Assembly: GCA_041908445.1 (NCBI GenBank)
Contig: JAYRFK010000008.1
Coordinates: 90,583-154,582 of the forward strand
From: Acidimicrobiales bacterium
GTDB lineage: Bacteria > Actinomycetota > Acidimicrobiia > Acidimicrobiales > DATDAH01
Direction of reading: 5' to 3'
DNA: 64,000 nt
The stretch's first letter is position 1, and each line of letters starts with the position of its first letter. This document shows, piece by piece, positions 8,267-16,193 of the stretch. The position numbers were made by a program, and so were the translations under genes. Below the pieces are notes generated by a model that made no database searches, was not told where the DNA came from, and saw only the letters and a list, made by a program, of their open reading frames with translations.

Positions 8267-9538
8267 TCAGGCCGGCGCGCCGTGGGCCTCGTCGCAGAGG
8301 ACCTCCTCGCCCTCCTCGATGGTGCCGCCACCGATGCCCTCGAGCGCCGCGAACGGGCCGCACGGGTGGGGCTCGATCCAGACGTGGATCATCGGGGTCG
8401 GCTCGGGGAGGAAGAGGCCGTCGGGGCACTCGCCGTCGCCGTCGGTGAGCCCGCCGAGCACGCCGTCCTCGGTGTAGCAGAGGTTCTGGTGGGTGTGGAA
8501 CTGCATCAGGGCCCCACCGAAGTCCGGCACGTCCTCGAGGGGCAGGCCCCGCTCGAGCATGTACATGGCCGCGACCAGGCGGCGCCCGCCGTCCGACGTG
8601 TCGTAGACGAGCGACTCCGGCTGGTCGGGGTCGAGGATCGTCGGGTTGTCCATGAACTCGTCGTTGATGAAGTGCTCGACGCCGGTGCCGCCGTCGCCGA
8701 TCGAGTGGTACCCCGCGGCCTCGGCGTCCCGGTAGTCCGCCCACTGGGGCAGGTCGGCGATCGTGGCGCGCACGATCGACTCCGCGGTGGCCTGCTGCTC
8801 GGGGGTGACGCCGCGGACCCCGCCGAGGTCGATGGGCTCGTCGGGGTCGTAGGGGACCGGGGCCACGGCCTGTGCGGTGTGGGCGTGGCCGGCGTCGCCG
8901 CCGGCGGTCTCGCCCGACGCGTCCGTGCCGTGGCTGTGGCCGTCGTCGGCGGCGGTCTCGGTGCCGTGGGCGTGGCCCTCGTCGCCGTGCTCGTGCTGGT
9001 GGTCCGAGGCCGCGGCCATGCCGCTGAAGGTGACGAGGGTGAGGACCAGGACGCCGAGGATGGCGGGCGCCCGCAGGCTCCGCTCGTGGGCCTCGATCCG
9101 GATGGGCAGCAGGGAGAGCACCGCGAGCACCACGCTGAGCGCCGCGAGGGCGGCGCAGACGAGGTCGGCGGTCTGCGGCGCCTCGGCCACCTCGAGGCCG
9201 TCGACGAGCCCGACGCCGACGGTCTTGGCCACCGCCCAGCCGGTGACGCTGGCGAGGCCGATGAGGATGCCCGCCCACGACACCAGGCGGCCCGAGCGGA
9301 CCAGCGCGAGCGCTCCCCAGCCCAGCTGGAGCAGCGCCATCACGGTGAAGGCGAGCGCGGCCTGGCGGTGCTCGGCGTGGACGCCGATGGCCGCGGCGTG
9401 GATCGCGCCGGAGGCGAGGGAGGCCATGCCGGCGGCGACGGTGAACCCGTGGCGGGCCGAGGTGCCGTCGTGCTCGTGGTCGTGGTCGTGGTCGGGTGCG
9501 GTCGGACGCGGCGCGTCGAGGTCGGCCGTCTCGGCCAT
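8267..9538 (-). CDS. Histidine-rich polytopic membrane protein with a Cys-containing C-terminal domain (putative metal-binding)
   Basis: ATG 9538 is preceded by a GGGGGA RBS-like run. There are two His-rich tracts: DHDHDHEHD and DHQHEHGDEGHAHGTETAADDGHSHG...GHAH. About 4 TM helices lie between them. The C-terminal part contains HTHQNLCY, GECPDG, EPHPCG and a terminal LCDEAHG. Confidence 0.7.
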   Translation of the reverse strand: MAETADLDAPRPTAPDHDHDHEHDGTSARHGFTVAAGMASLASGAIHAAAIGVHAEHRQAALAFTVMALLQLGWGALALVRSGRLVSWAGILIGLASVTGWAVAKTVGVGLVDGLEVAEAPQTADLVCAALAALSVVLAVLSLLPIRIEAHERSLRAPAILGVLVLTLVTFSGMAAASDHQHEHGDEGHAHGTETAADDGHSHGTDASGETAGGDAGHAHTAQAVAPVPYDPDEPIDLGGVRGVTPEQQATAESIVRATIADLPQWADYRDAEAAGYHSIGDGGTGVEHFINDEFMDNPTILDPDQPESLVYDTSDGGRRLVAAMYMLERGLPLEDVPDFGGALMQFHTHQNLCYTEDGVLGGLTDGDGECPDGLFLPEPTPMIHVWIEPHPCGPFAALEGIGGGTIEEGEEVLCDEAHGAPA

Positions 9539-9620
9539 GGTGGATCCCCCTGGGTCGGTCGGGGCCAGCGTAGTGACCGCTCTCCGGCGCGGGCAGGTCG
9601 GGGGGATGACGTTCCTGCTT

Positions 9621-9642
9621 GACCTCGAGTTAACTCGAGGTC
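9621..9642. promoter_or_regulatory. Perfect 22-bp palindrome GACCTCGAGTTAACTCGAGGTC in a divergent promoter region (putative operator)
   Basis: Read directly from the sequence: the two 11-nt halves are exact reverse complements. It lies between the minus-strand start at 9538 and the plus-strand start at 9657. Its AT-rich TTAA centre stands out against the GC-rich background. Confidence 0.55.
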
Positions 9643-9656
9643 TTAGGGTCGCCGCC

Positions 9657-10949
9657 ATGGCCTCCGTGCTCGACCCCGACGCTCCGACCGCGACCGCCGA
9701 CCTGGTGGGCGTCCTGGCCGGCCTCGACCCCGCCGCCGTGCCCGGCGCGTTCGACGACCTCGGCCTCGACCGGTTCGCCGACGCCGCCCTCGCGACCGCG
9801 GCGGCCATCGTCGATCGCCCCAAGGCGGCGCCGCCGGGCTCGTTCGTGCTTCACGCACCGCTCGAGCTGATGGCCCGGTCGGCGCTGCTCGCCCGGGTGA
9901 CGCCGGAGGCCCGGCTCGCCGCCCGCCGGCGCCTGGTGTGGTTCGCGGCGACGTACGCGGCGGCGGGGGAGTCGGTGGCGGTCGACGATCGGTTCGCGGG
10001 GGCGCCGGCCGCCACCGTGGTGTCGGCGCTGGTCGATGCGATCGGTGCCGGTGACCTCGACGCCGCCGGCGCCGCCGGCCGGGCCCTGTCCCGGTCGGTG
10101 CCGCCCGCCGAGCTCGTCGCAACGCTGGTCGACGTGGTGGCGCCCAGCCTCGCCGCCGCCGCCCACGGCGGGATCTGGCTGCACCAGGTCCTGTCGTTCG
10201 CCGGCGCGCCGGTCGCGCCCGGCGCCGCGGCCATGGCCCGGGAGCTCGCCCGGTACCCCGACTGGCAGCTCACCTGGTTCGACGCGGCGCCCATCCACTC
10301 GGCGGCTGCGGCCTCGGGCTCGGTGTCGTCCGTGGAGGACCTCGTGGCGGCCCTGCGACGGCCGCCGTCACCCGGCCCTCTGGACGTGAACTTCATCTAC
10401 CCGACCATGCACCTGGTCGAGGAGGCGGGCCTGGCGGCCGATCTGCTGGGCCCGGCGCTCGACGGCGTCGACCGCCACGAGGCCACCCGGGCGCTCTGGC
10501 GGATCGGCGCGCGGTCGATGCTCCAGGACGACCCCGACGAGGCGCCCTACGGCTGGAGCCACTGCCTGACCATGCCGCACGGCCTGCTCTCGGTCGCCGG
10601 CCTCGCCCGTGACCCGCAGCGGGTGCTGGCCGCCGGCGCGACGTTCGTCCTCGGGTTCCGGGCGACCCAGGGCAAGGTGGAGCTCGATCCCGACTGGAGG
10701 CCGACGCCCGGTGAGGATCCCGTCGCCAGGGCGTGGCACGCCGGCGCGGGGGAGCGGCCGGCGCTCGCGGCGCAGCTGGCGGCGCACGCCGCCGCCCACC
10801 CCGACGCCCACCTGGCCAAGTACACCCTCGCCTGCCTCCAGCTCGCCGACGCCGACCCGGGGTTCGCCCACGGCTATCTGGCCGCGGCGGCCCACCTCAA
10901 CGCCTGGTGGGACGCCCACCCCGTCGCCGACGACCCCCTCATGGGATGA
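9657..10949 (+). CDS. Hypothetical Ala-rich protein (about 430 aa), function unknown
   Basis: A long ORF with high GC3. ATG 9657 is used here; the alternative ATG 9606 would place the palindrome inside the CDS. No motif was recognised with confidence. Confidence 0.6.
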   Translation: MASVLDPDAPTATADLVGVLAGLDPAAVPGAFDDLGLDRFADAALATAAAIVDRPKAAPPGSFVLHAPLELMARSALLARVTPEARLAARRRLVWFAATYAAAGESVAVDDRFAGAPAATVVSALVDAIGAGDLDAAGAAGRALSRSVPPAELVATLVDVVAPSLAAAAHGGIWLHQVLSFAGAPVAPGAAAMARELARYPDWQLTWFDAAPIHSAAAASGSVSSVEDLVAALRRPPSPGPLDVNFIYPTMHLVEEAGLAADLLGPALDGVDRHEATRALWRIGARSMLQDDPDEAPYGWSHCLTMPHGLLSVAGLARDPQRVLAAGATFVLGFRATQGKVELDPDWRPTPGEDPVARAWHAGAGERPALAAQLAAHAAAHPDAHLAKYTLACLQLADADPGFAHGYLAAAAHLNAWWDAHPVADDPLMG

Positions 10950-11009
10950 AGGGGATGCGTTCGCCGTGCTCGCCCCATGTCGACGTGTCGGCTCGGGGGT
11001 CGCGCCGTT

Positions 11010-11195
11010 TCAATGACACTTGGCTCGGAGGCTGCCGGTCGATGGCTCCGCGTTCAGGGCCTTGCGCCAGCCCAGCGCAACGGCGACGAACAGGACGAGC
11101 CAGGCCGTGAAGGCGGCCAGGTGGAACGCGAAAGACCCCACGATCGCCGCGGTGAGCCAACCGACGTCGACGACGGCGATCACCTTGTCCCGCAC
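11010..11195 (-). CDS. Small hypothetical membrane protein (61 aa)
   Basis: GTG start with high GC3. Two hydrophobic segments are present: VIAVVDVGWLTAAIVGSFAF and AAFTAWLVLFVAVALGW. Confidence 0.4.
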   Translation of the reverse strand: MRDKVIAVVDVGWLTAAIVGSFAFHLAAFTAWLVLFVAVALGWRKALNAEPSTGSLRAKCH

Positions 11196-11231
11196 GGTGG
11201 TGAGGCTACGCAGCGGCCGTGGCCGCTGCGG

Positions 11232-12575
11232 TCAACATCGTGCGGGGGCGGGGAGGGTGTTTCTGCCGGGGTGTTGGAGGGTGGCGGGGTGGCGGGTGAA
11301 GGTGCGGCCGTCGGGGCTGGTGACGGTGACGATGCCGGTGGTGGGGTCGCGGGTGAGGTCCCAGCCGTGGTGGACGAGGGTGTGGTGGCGTCGGCACAAC
11401 AGGACGGCGTTGATGAGGTCGGTGAGGCCGCCGTCCTCCCACGGGTGGATGTGGTGGGCGTCGCAGAAGTGGGCGGGGCGGTCGCAGCCGGGAAAGACGC
11501 AGCCGTGGTCTCGGTGGGCGAGGGCGCGGCGTTGGCTGCGGGAGAAGAGGCGTTGGCGGCGGCCGAGGTCCAACACGTTGCCGGTGTGGGGGTCGCGGAT
11601 GACGCGTCGGGTCCAGCCGGTGCAGAACAGCAGGGCGGCGAAGGCGCGGGTGGCGCGTTGGCCGGTGGTGAGCCGGCAGACCCGCTCGGCGCCGTCGCAC
11701 AGTTCGCATTCGTCGTCGGGGTGGTGGTCGTGGAGGTAGGGGGCGAGGAGCTGTTGGAGGGGGTCGGGGGTGTCGAGGTCGAGCTGGTCGGGGTTGGCGG
11801 TGAGCTCGGCGGCGGTGTGGGGGTCGAGGACGATGTCGGCGCCGCCGGCGGGCTCGGCGTCGCCGTCGAGCTCGCCGGCGAGGTAGCGGCGGAGGATGTC
11901 CATGAGGCTGTCGTAGTCGCGGGTGGCTTTGGTGCGTTGGCCGTCGGGGGCGTCGACGGGGTCGGGCCGGTCGTGGAGGTCCAATGCGGTGCGGAGGAGG
12001 GCGGCGTCGTGGTCGGGGCCCCACAGTTCGGTGGAGGCGTGGCGGTCGTAGGTGCGGCGGATGCGTAGCCGGCGTTCGGTGGTGTCGCCGGGGTCGCCCT
12101 GGTCGACGATGGATTTCCAGTCGTCGAGGAACCCGGTGAACTCGTCGAGGGTGGCGAGCTCGACTGCGGCTCGGACCATGGCGTCGACGCAGTCGGCGAA
12201 CGCGTCTTCGCGTTTGCGCTCCGCGTCGGCGAGGAGCCGGACGTGGACCACGGCGATGTCGCCGCCGTCGAGGGCGGCGGCCACCTGGGGGTGGCGGGCG
12301 TACAGGCTGGCGGTCTTGACCAGCACTTGGGCTTCGCCGCGGGTGATCGGGAACCGGGCGCAGAGCCACGGCACCGGGTTGACCGCCCCGTCATGGGCCC
12401 ACGCCTCGGCCGCCCACCAGCCGGCGACGGTGCGGACCCGTTCGGCATCGAGCCGCTCGGTCACTCCCAACAGGTCGAGGACCCGCCCGGACCGGGCCTG
12501 CGGGTCCCATGCGGTGCGGTCCTCGGCGGCGAGCTCCTTGACGCTGACGCGCAGCTCGGCGACCGGATCGAACAT
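11232..12575 (-). CDS. DUF222-HNH endonuclease family protein (mycobacterial REP13E12-like)
   Basis: The C-terminal HNH motif is HRDHGCVFPGCDRPAHFCDAHHIHPWEDGG...LLCRRHHTLVHH. The N-terminal region is typical of DUF222 (MFDPVAELRVSVKELAAED...). The start is taken at ATG 12575. Confidence 0.85.
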   Translation of the reverse strand: MFDPVAELRVSVKELAAEDRTAWDPQARSGRVLDLLGVTERLDAERVRTVAGWWAAEAWAHDGAVNPVPWLCARFPITRGEAQVLVKTASLYARHPQVAAALDGGDIAVVHVRLLADAERKREDAFADCVDAMVRAAVELATLDEFTGFLDDWKSIVDQGDPGDTTERRLRIRRTYDRHASTELWGPDHDAALLRTALDLHDRPDPVDAPDGQRTKATRDYDSLMDILRRYLAGELDGDAEPAGGADIVLDPHTAAELTANPDQLDLDTPDPLQQLLAPYLHDHHPDDECELCDGAERVCRLTTGQRATRAFAALLFCTGWTRRVIRDPHTGNVLDLGRRQRLFSRSQRRALAHRDHGCVFPGCDRPAHFCDAHHIHPWEDGGLTDLINAVLLCRRHHTLVHHGWDLTRDPTTGIVTVTSPDGRTFTRHPATLQHPGRNTLPAPARC

Positions 12576-12766
12576 GGGTTCGATGATACGGAAGGGGTGT
12601 GACAAGAATCCGAGCGTCTGCGGCGGATCTCCTCTCGTTGTGGGATGCCGGCGGTCGAGCTTTGGGTCGGGTTGGCCGGTAAGGGCGACCACTGCCGGTC
12701 GGCGGCCTGTTTACCGGGGCCGCAGGTGGCCCTAGACTTCGCCCTGAGATCCATCGATCCGGGAAT

Positions 12767-14422
12767 GTGCCGATGGGGTGGGGGACAAGAAGATCGGCGG
12801 CCTTCTCGGCCGCCGCGGTCATGGTATCGATGCTCGTGACGGTGGGCGGCGCCGGGCCATTGGAGGCGGCGCCGTCGTGCGCGGCGCCAGTGACCCGGGT
12901 GGCGCCGGCCGAGGGCTTCGTGATCCAGGATCCGTCGGTGTCGGCGGACGGGACGCGGATCGCGTTCCAGTCCGACGACGACCTCACCGGGGGCAACGCC
13001 GACGGGAACGACGAGATCTTCCTGTACGACGCCGACGGTTCGACGCTCACGCAACTGACGAGCTCGACGCAGGGCAGCGGGGTGGAGTCGAACTGGGAAC
13101 CGTCGATCTCCGACGATGGCACCAAGGTGGCGTTCACGTCGGACCGCAACTACACCGGCGCCAACGCCACGGGGTACGAGATCTTCCTGTGGAGCGAAGC
13201 GGGATCGACGATCACCCAACTCACCGACGTCGCCGCGTTCGCGTTCACGGTCACCCCCGAGATCTCGGGAGACGGCTCGACGGTGGTGTTCGAGTCGGAC
13301 GGCAACGTCGGCGGGCTCAACCCCAGCCTCAATTACGAGGTCTTCGTAGTGAACACCGCCACGACCGCGGTCACGGCCGTCACCTCGACAGTGGTCGAGG
13401 GCGGTGGTCAACCCACGGTCTCCGCTGACGGCCGCGAGGTCGCGTTCTCCTCCGCGGGAAACCTCACGGGGCAGAACGCCGACGGTAGCACCGAGGTCTT
13501 CCTCTGGGACGCCGATGGGGGACCGTCGACGACCCAGTTGACCAACGCGACGACTGGGACCGCGGACAGCCCGTCGGTGTCGGCCGCCGGCAACCGCGTC
13601 GCCTTTCGGTCCAACCGTGCCAACGGCACCGGCGCGGGTGACGACAACTTCGAGATCTTCGTGCGCGACGTCGCCGCGGGCACGACGGCCGCGGTGACCA
13701 CCACGGCCCGCGGCGGGCAGAACTCGAACTGGGAACCCTCCATCTCGGCCGACGGATCCCGCGTGGCGTTCACGTCGAATCGCAACATCGGGGGAGGCAA
13801 CGCCGACGGCAGCTACGAGATCTTCGTGTGGGACCGGGCGGGGGCGCAGGTCGCCCAGGTCACCTCGGGGGCCACGGACTCCCAGCGCAGCACCTATCCG
13901 TCGCTCGCCGCCGACGGCGGCACCGTCGCCTTCGTTTCCGGTGATTTCAACGTGGACTACGTTCTTCGCACCGTGGCCTGCGCCTTGCCGCCGCGTCCCG
14001 ATGCGCTGATCGCCACGAGCGGCGCGGGCCCGTTCAAGGGCGGCGATGTGTACGCCGCGACGGTGAGGCGTGGGCAGACCAAGTCGCAGCGCATCGCCCG
14101 GGGCGCGACGCGGACGTTCCACGTCCAACTCCAGAACGACCACGGCGTGGCGGACACCTTGAAGGTGAAGGGGGTGTCGTCGGGCTCGGCTGGCTACACG
14201 GTGCGGTACCTGAGCGGGACGACCGACATCACCGCAAGGGTGGTCGCCGGGTCCTACTCGACCGGGGTGCTCGCGCCGGGGGCGGCGGTGACCATCAAGG
14301 TGAAGGTCACGGCGTCGAGCACGGCGGCGGCGGGGTCGGCGCGCAACGTCGACGTCACCGTCAGGTCACAGACGGACACCTCGGTGAAGGACACCGTACG
14401 CGCCCGGGTCACCCGCAGCTGA
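12767..14422 (+). CDS. Secreted 7-bladed PD40/TolB-like beta-propeller protein with a C-terminal Ig-like domain of about 140 aa
   Basis: A signal peptide is present (RRSAAFSAAAVMVSMLVTVGGAG). There are seven repeats of the type SADGxxVAFxSxxNLTGxNADGxxEIFLWD. The C-terminal 140 aa is homologous to the C-terminus of the protein encoded at 49123-50598. Confidence 0.85.
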   Translation: MPMGWGTRRSAAFSAAAVMVSMLVTVGGAGPLEAAPSCAAPVTRVAPAEGFVIQDPSVSADGTRIAFQSDDDLTGGNADGNDEIFLYDADGSTLTQLTSSTQGSGVESNWEPSISDDGTKVAFTSDRNYTGANATGYEIFLWSEAGSTITQLTDVAAFAFTVTPEISGDGSTVVFESDGNVGGLNPSLNYEVFVVNTATTAVTAVTSTVVEGGGQPTVSADGREVAFSSAGNLTGQNADGSTEVFLWDADGGPSTTQLTNATTGTADSPSVSAAGNRVAFRSNRANGTGAGDDNFEIFVRDVAAGTTAAVTTTARGGQNSNWEPSISADGSRVAFTSNRNIGGGNADGSYEIFVWDRAGAQVAQVTSGATDSQRSTYPSLAADGGTVAFVSGDFNVDYVLRTVACALPPRPDALIATSGAGPFKGGDVYAATVRRGQTKSQRIARGATRTFHVQLQNDHGVADTLKVKGVSSGSAGYTVRYLSGTTDITARVVAGSYSTGVLAPGAAVTIKVKVTASSTAAAGSARNVDVTVRSQTDTSVKDTVRARVTRS

Positions 14423-14606
14423 CGCCGGCTCCGTCCTGCGAGCTGTTGCGCGATCGCCCCTCGCCCCTCGTGGCCGAGAAGGGGCGCCAACCGCTCATGC
14501 CGTCGGCCGGCGGAACCCCCACGGTCGGCTGCTGTTCTTGCCCCGAAAGGAGGGTCGGGCGGTGGAGTCCGGCGTCGCCGGCGCCTCGGGCCTACATTCC
14601 CCACCC

Positions 14607-16193
14607 ATGGCGGACAACCACCGGCTGACACGCCGGACCTTCCTGGCGGGTGCGGCGGCGTCCGGCGCGCTCCTGGCAGCGGGGTGCTCGAGTGACGGCG
14701 GCGGCAGTGGCGCGAGCGCCACCACCACGACGGCGACGACGCTGCCGGTCCCCGACCTCCCGGGAGACCCGTTCACCCTGGGCGTCGCCTCCGGCGACCC
14801 GCTGAGCGACGCCGTCGTCCTCTGGACGCGCCTCGCCCCCGAGCCGCTGGCGGCCCGCGGCGGCATGCCCCGGGGCATCGACGTGCCGGTGCGGTGGGAG
14901 GCGCAGACCCTCGACGGCCGAGAGCCCGTCGCCGACGGCGTCACCGTCGCCCCGGCCGACCACGGCCACACCGTCCACCTCGACGTCGACGGCCTCGAGT
15001 CCGACACCGCCTACCGCTACCGCTTCTCGGTCGGGGACTTCCGCACGGGGTGGGCCCGCACGCGGACCCTCCCCGCCACCGGCACGACGCCCGACCGGTT
15101 CGTGATCGGCCAGGTGAGCTGCTCCCAGTACGACGCCGCCCGCTACGCCGCCTACCGCGACCTCGCCGAGCAGCAGCCCGACCTCGTCCTCCACCTCGGC
15201 GACTACATCTACGAGCACCCGGGGGGCGACGTGCGCCCCGGCGTCATCACCGCCATCGACCTCGCCGACTACCGCTACCAGTACGCCCTCTACCGCACCG
15301 ACCCACACCTGCGGGCGGCCCACGCCGCCGCCCCCTGGATCGTGGTCTGGGACGACCACGAGGTCTCCAACAACTACGTGTCGGACGTGCCCGACCCCGA
15401 GAGCGAGTCGCCCAACCGGGCGGCGCTGCGCGAGCGCCGGGCCGCGGCCTACCGGGCCTGGTGGGAGAACCAGCCGGTGCGGCTCGACCCGCCGGACGGC
15501 CCCGACCTCGCCATCTACCGGCGCTTCGACGTGGGCGACCTCGCGACCATCCACGCCCTCGACAGCCGTCAGTACCGCACGTCGCTGGACTGCGGGCCGG
15601 GCGGCCTCGGTCCCGGGCGGCGGTGCGACGCGAGCACGGCGCCCGCCACGACGGTGCTGGGCGAGGAGCAGGAGGCGTGGCTCGACGAGGGCCTCGGCCG
15701 GGCGGCGGTCTGGCACGTCCTCGCCCAGCAGATCGTGATGCACCAGTGGCGCTTCGCCGAGGGCGACGACCCGATCTGGAACCTCGACCAGTGGGACGGC
15801 TACCCGGTGGCCCGGGACCGGCTCTTCGAGTCGCTCGCCGATGCGGAGGGCACCCCGGTCGTGCTCACCGGCGACGTCCACAGCAGCTGGGCGGCGGTGC
15901 TCCGCGAGGACTTCGACGACCCGACGTCGGCGGTCCTCGGCGTCGAGTTCGTCGCCGCCGGCGTGGGCTCGGACGGCGACCTGCTCGCCGCGGTCGAGCC
16001 GGTGCTGCGGCGCAACAACCCGCACATCGAGTACTCCGAGGCCGGCCACCGCGGCTGGGTCCTGAACACGGTGACGCCGGATGCCTGGACCGCCGAGTTC
16101 CGCCTGGTCGACGACCACACGGACGCCGACAGCACCATCACCGTCGGCGCCACGGTCACCGCCGACGCCGACGGCGCGCTCACCGTCGCCTGA
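14607..16193 (+). CDS. phoD: Alkaline phosphatase D family, Tat-exported lipoprotein
   Basis: A twin-arginine signal and lipobox are present: LTRRTFLAGAAASGALLAAGCSS. PhoD-like core sequence follows: FTLGVASGDP, VLHLGDYIYE, WDDHEV, WDGY and LTGDVHSSW. Confidence 0.9.
   Translation: MADNHRLTRRTFLAGAAASGALLAAGCSSDGGGSGASATTTTATTLPVPDLPGDPFTLGVASGDPLSDAVVLWTRLAPEPLAARGGMPRGIDVPVRWEAQTLDGREPVADGVTVAPADHGHTVHLDVDGLESDTAYRYRFSVGDFRTGWARTRTLPATGTTPDRFVIGQVSCSQYDAARYAAYRDLAEQQPDLVLHLGDYIYEHPGGDVRPGVITAIDLADYRYQYALYRTDPHLRAAHAAAPWIVVWDDHEVSNNYVSDVPDPESESPNRAALRERRAAAYRAWWENQPVRLDPPDGPDLAIYRRFDVGDLATIHALDSRQYRTSLDCGPGGLGPGRRCDASTAPATTVLGEEQEAWLDEGLGRAAVWHVLAQQIVMHQWRFAEGDDPIWNLDQWDGYPVARDRLFESLADAEGTPVVLTGDVHSSWAAVLREDFDDPTSAVLGVEFVAAGVGSDGDLLAAVEPVLRRNNPHIEYSEAGHRGWVLNTVTPDAWTAEFRLVDDHTDADSTITVGATVTADADGALTVA

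Noticed and set aside
9621-9642. The palindrome contains XhoI-HpaI-XhoI sites (CTCGAG-TTAAC-TCGAG), so it could be a cloning or assembly artefact.
   Set aside because: The flanking sequence is continuous, native-looking promoter DNA between two intact divergent genes, and no vector-like sequence is adjacent. I treat it as genomic, although that can only be confirmed against raw reads.
11232-12575. The DUF222-HNH gene considered as a complete mobile element.
   Set aside because: I found no flanking inverted or direct repeats, no transposase or integrase, and no target-site duplication. It is called only as a CDS from a family associated with recombination hot spots.
14423-14606. PhoP/Pho-box direct repeats upstream of phoD, and a small hairpin (CGCCCCT-N11-AGGGGCG at 14462-14486) as terminator of the PD40 gene.
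   Set aside because: There is only a loose single GTTC-containing match (CTGTTCTTGCC) and no 11-nt periodic repeats. The hairpin has a 7-bp stem with a large loop and no U-tract, which is too weak to call.
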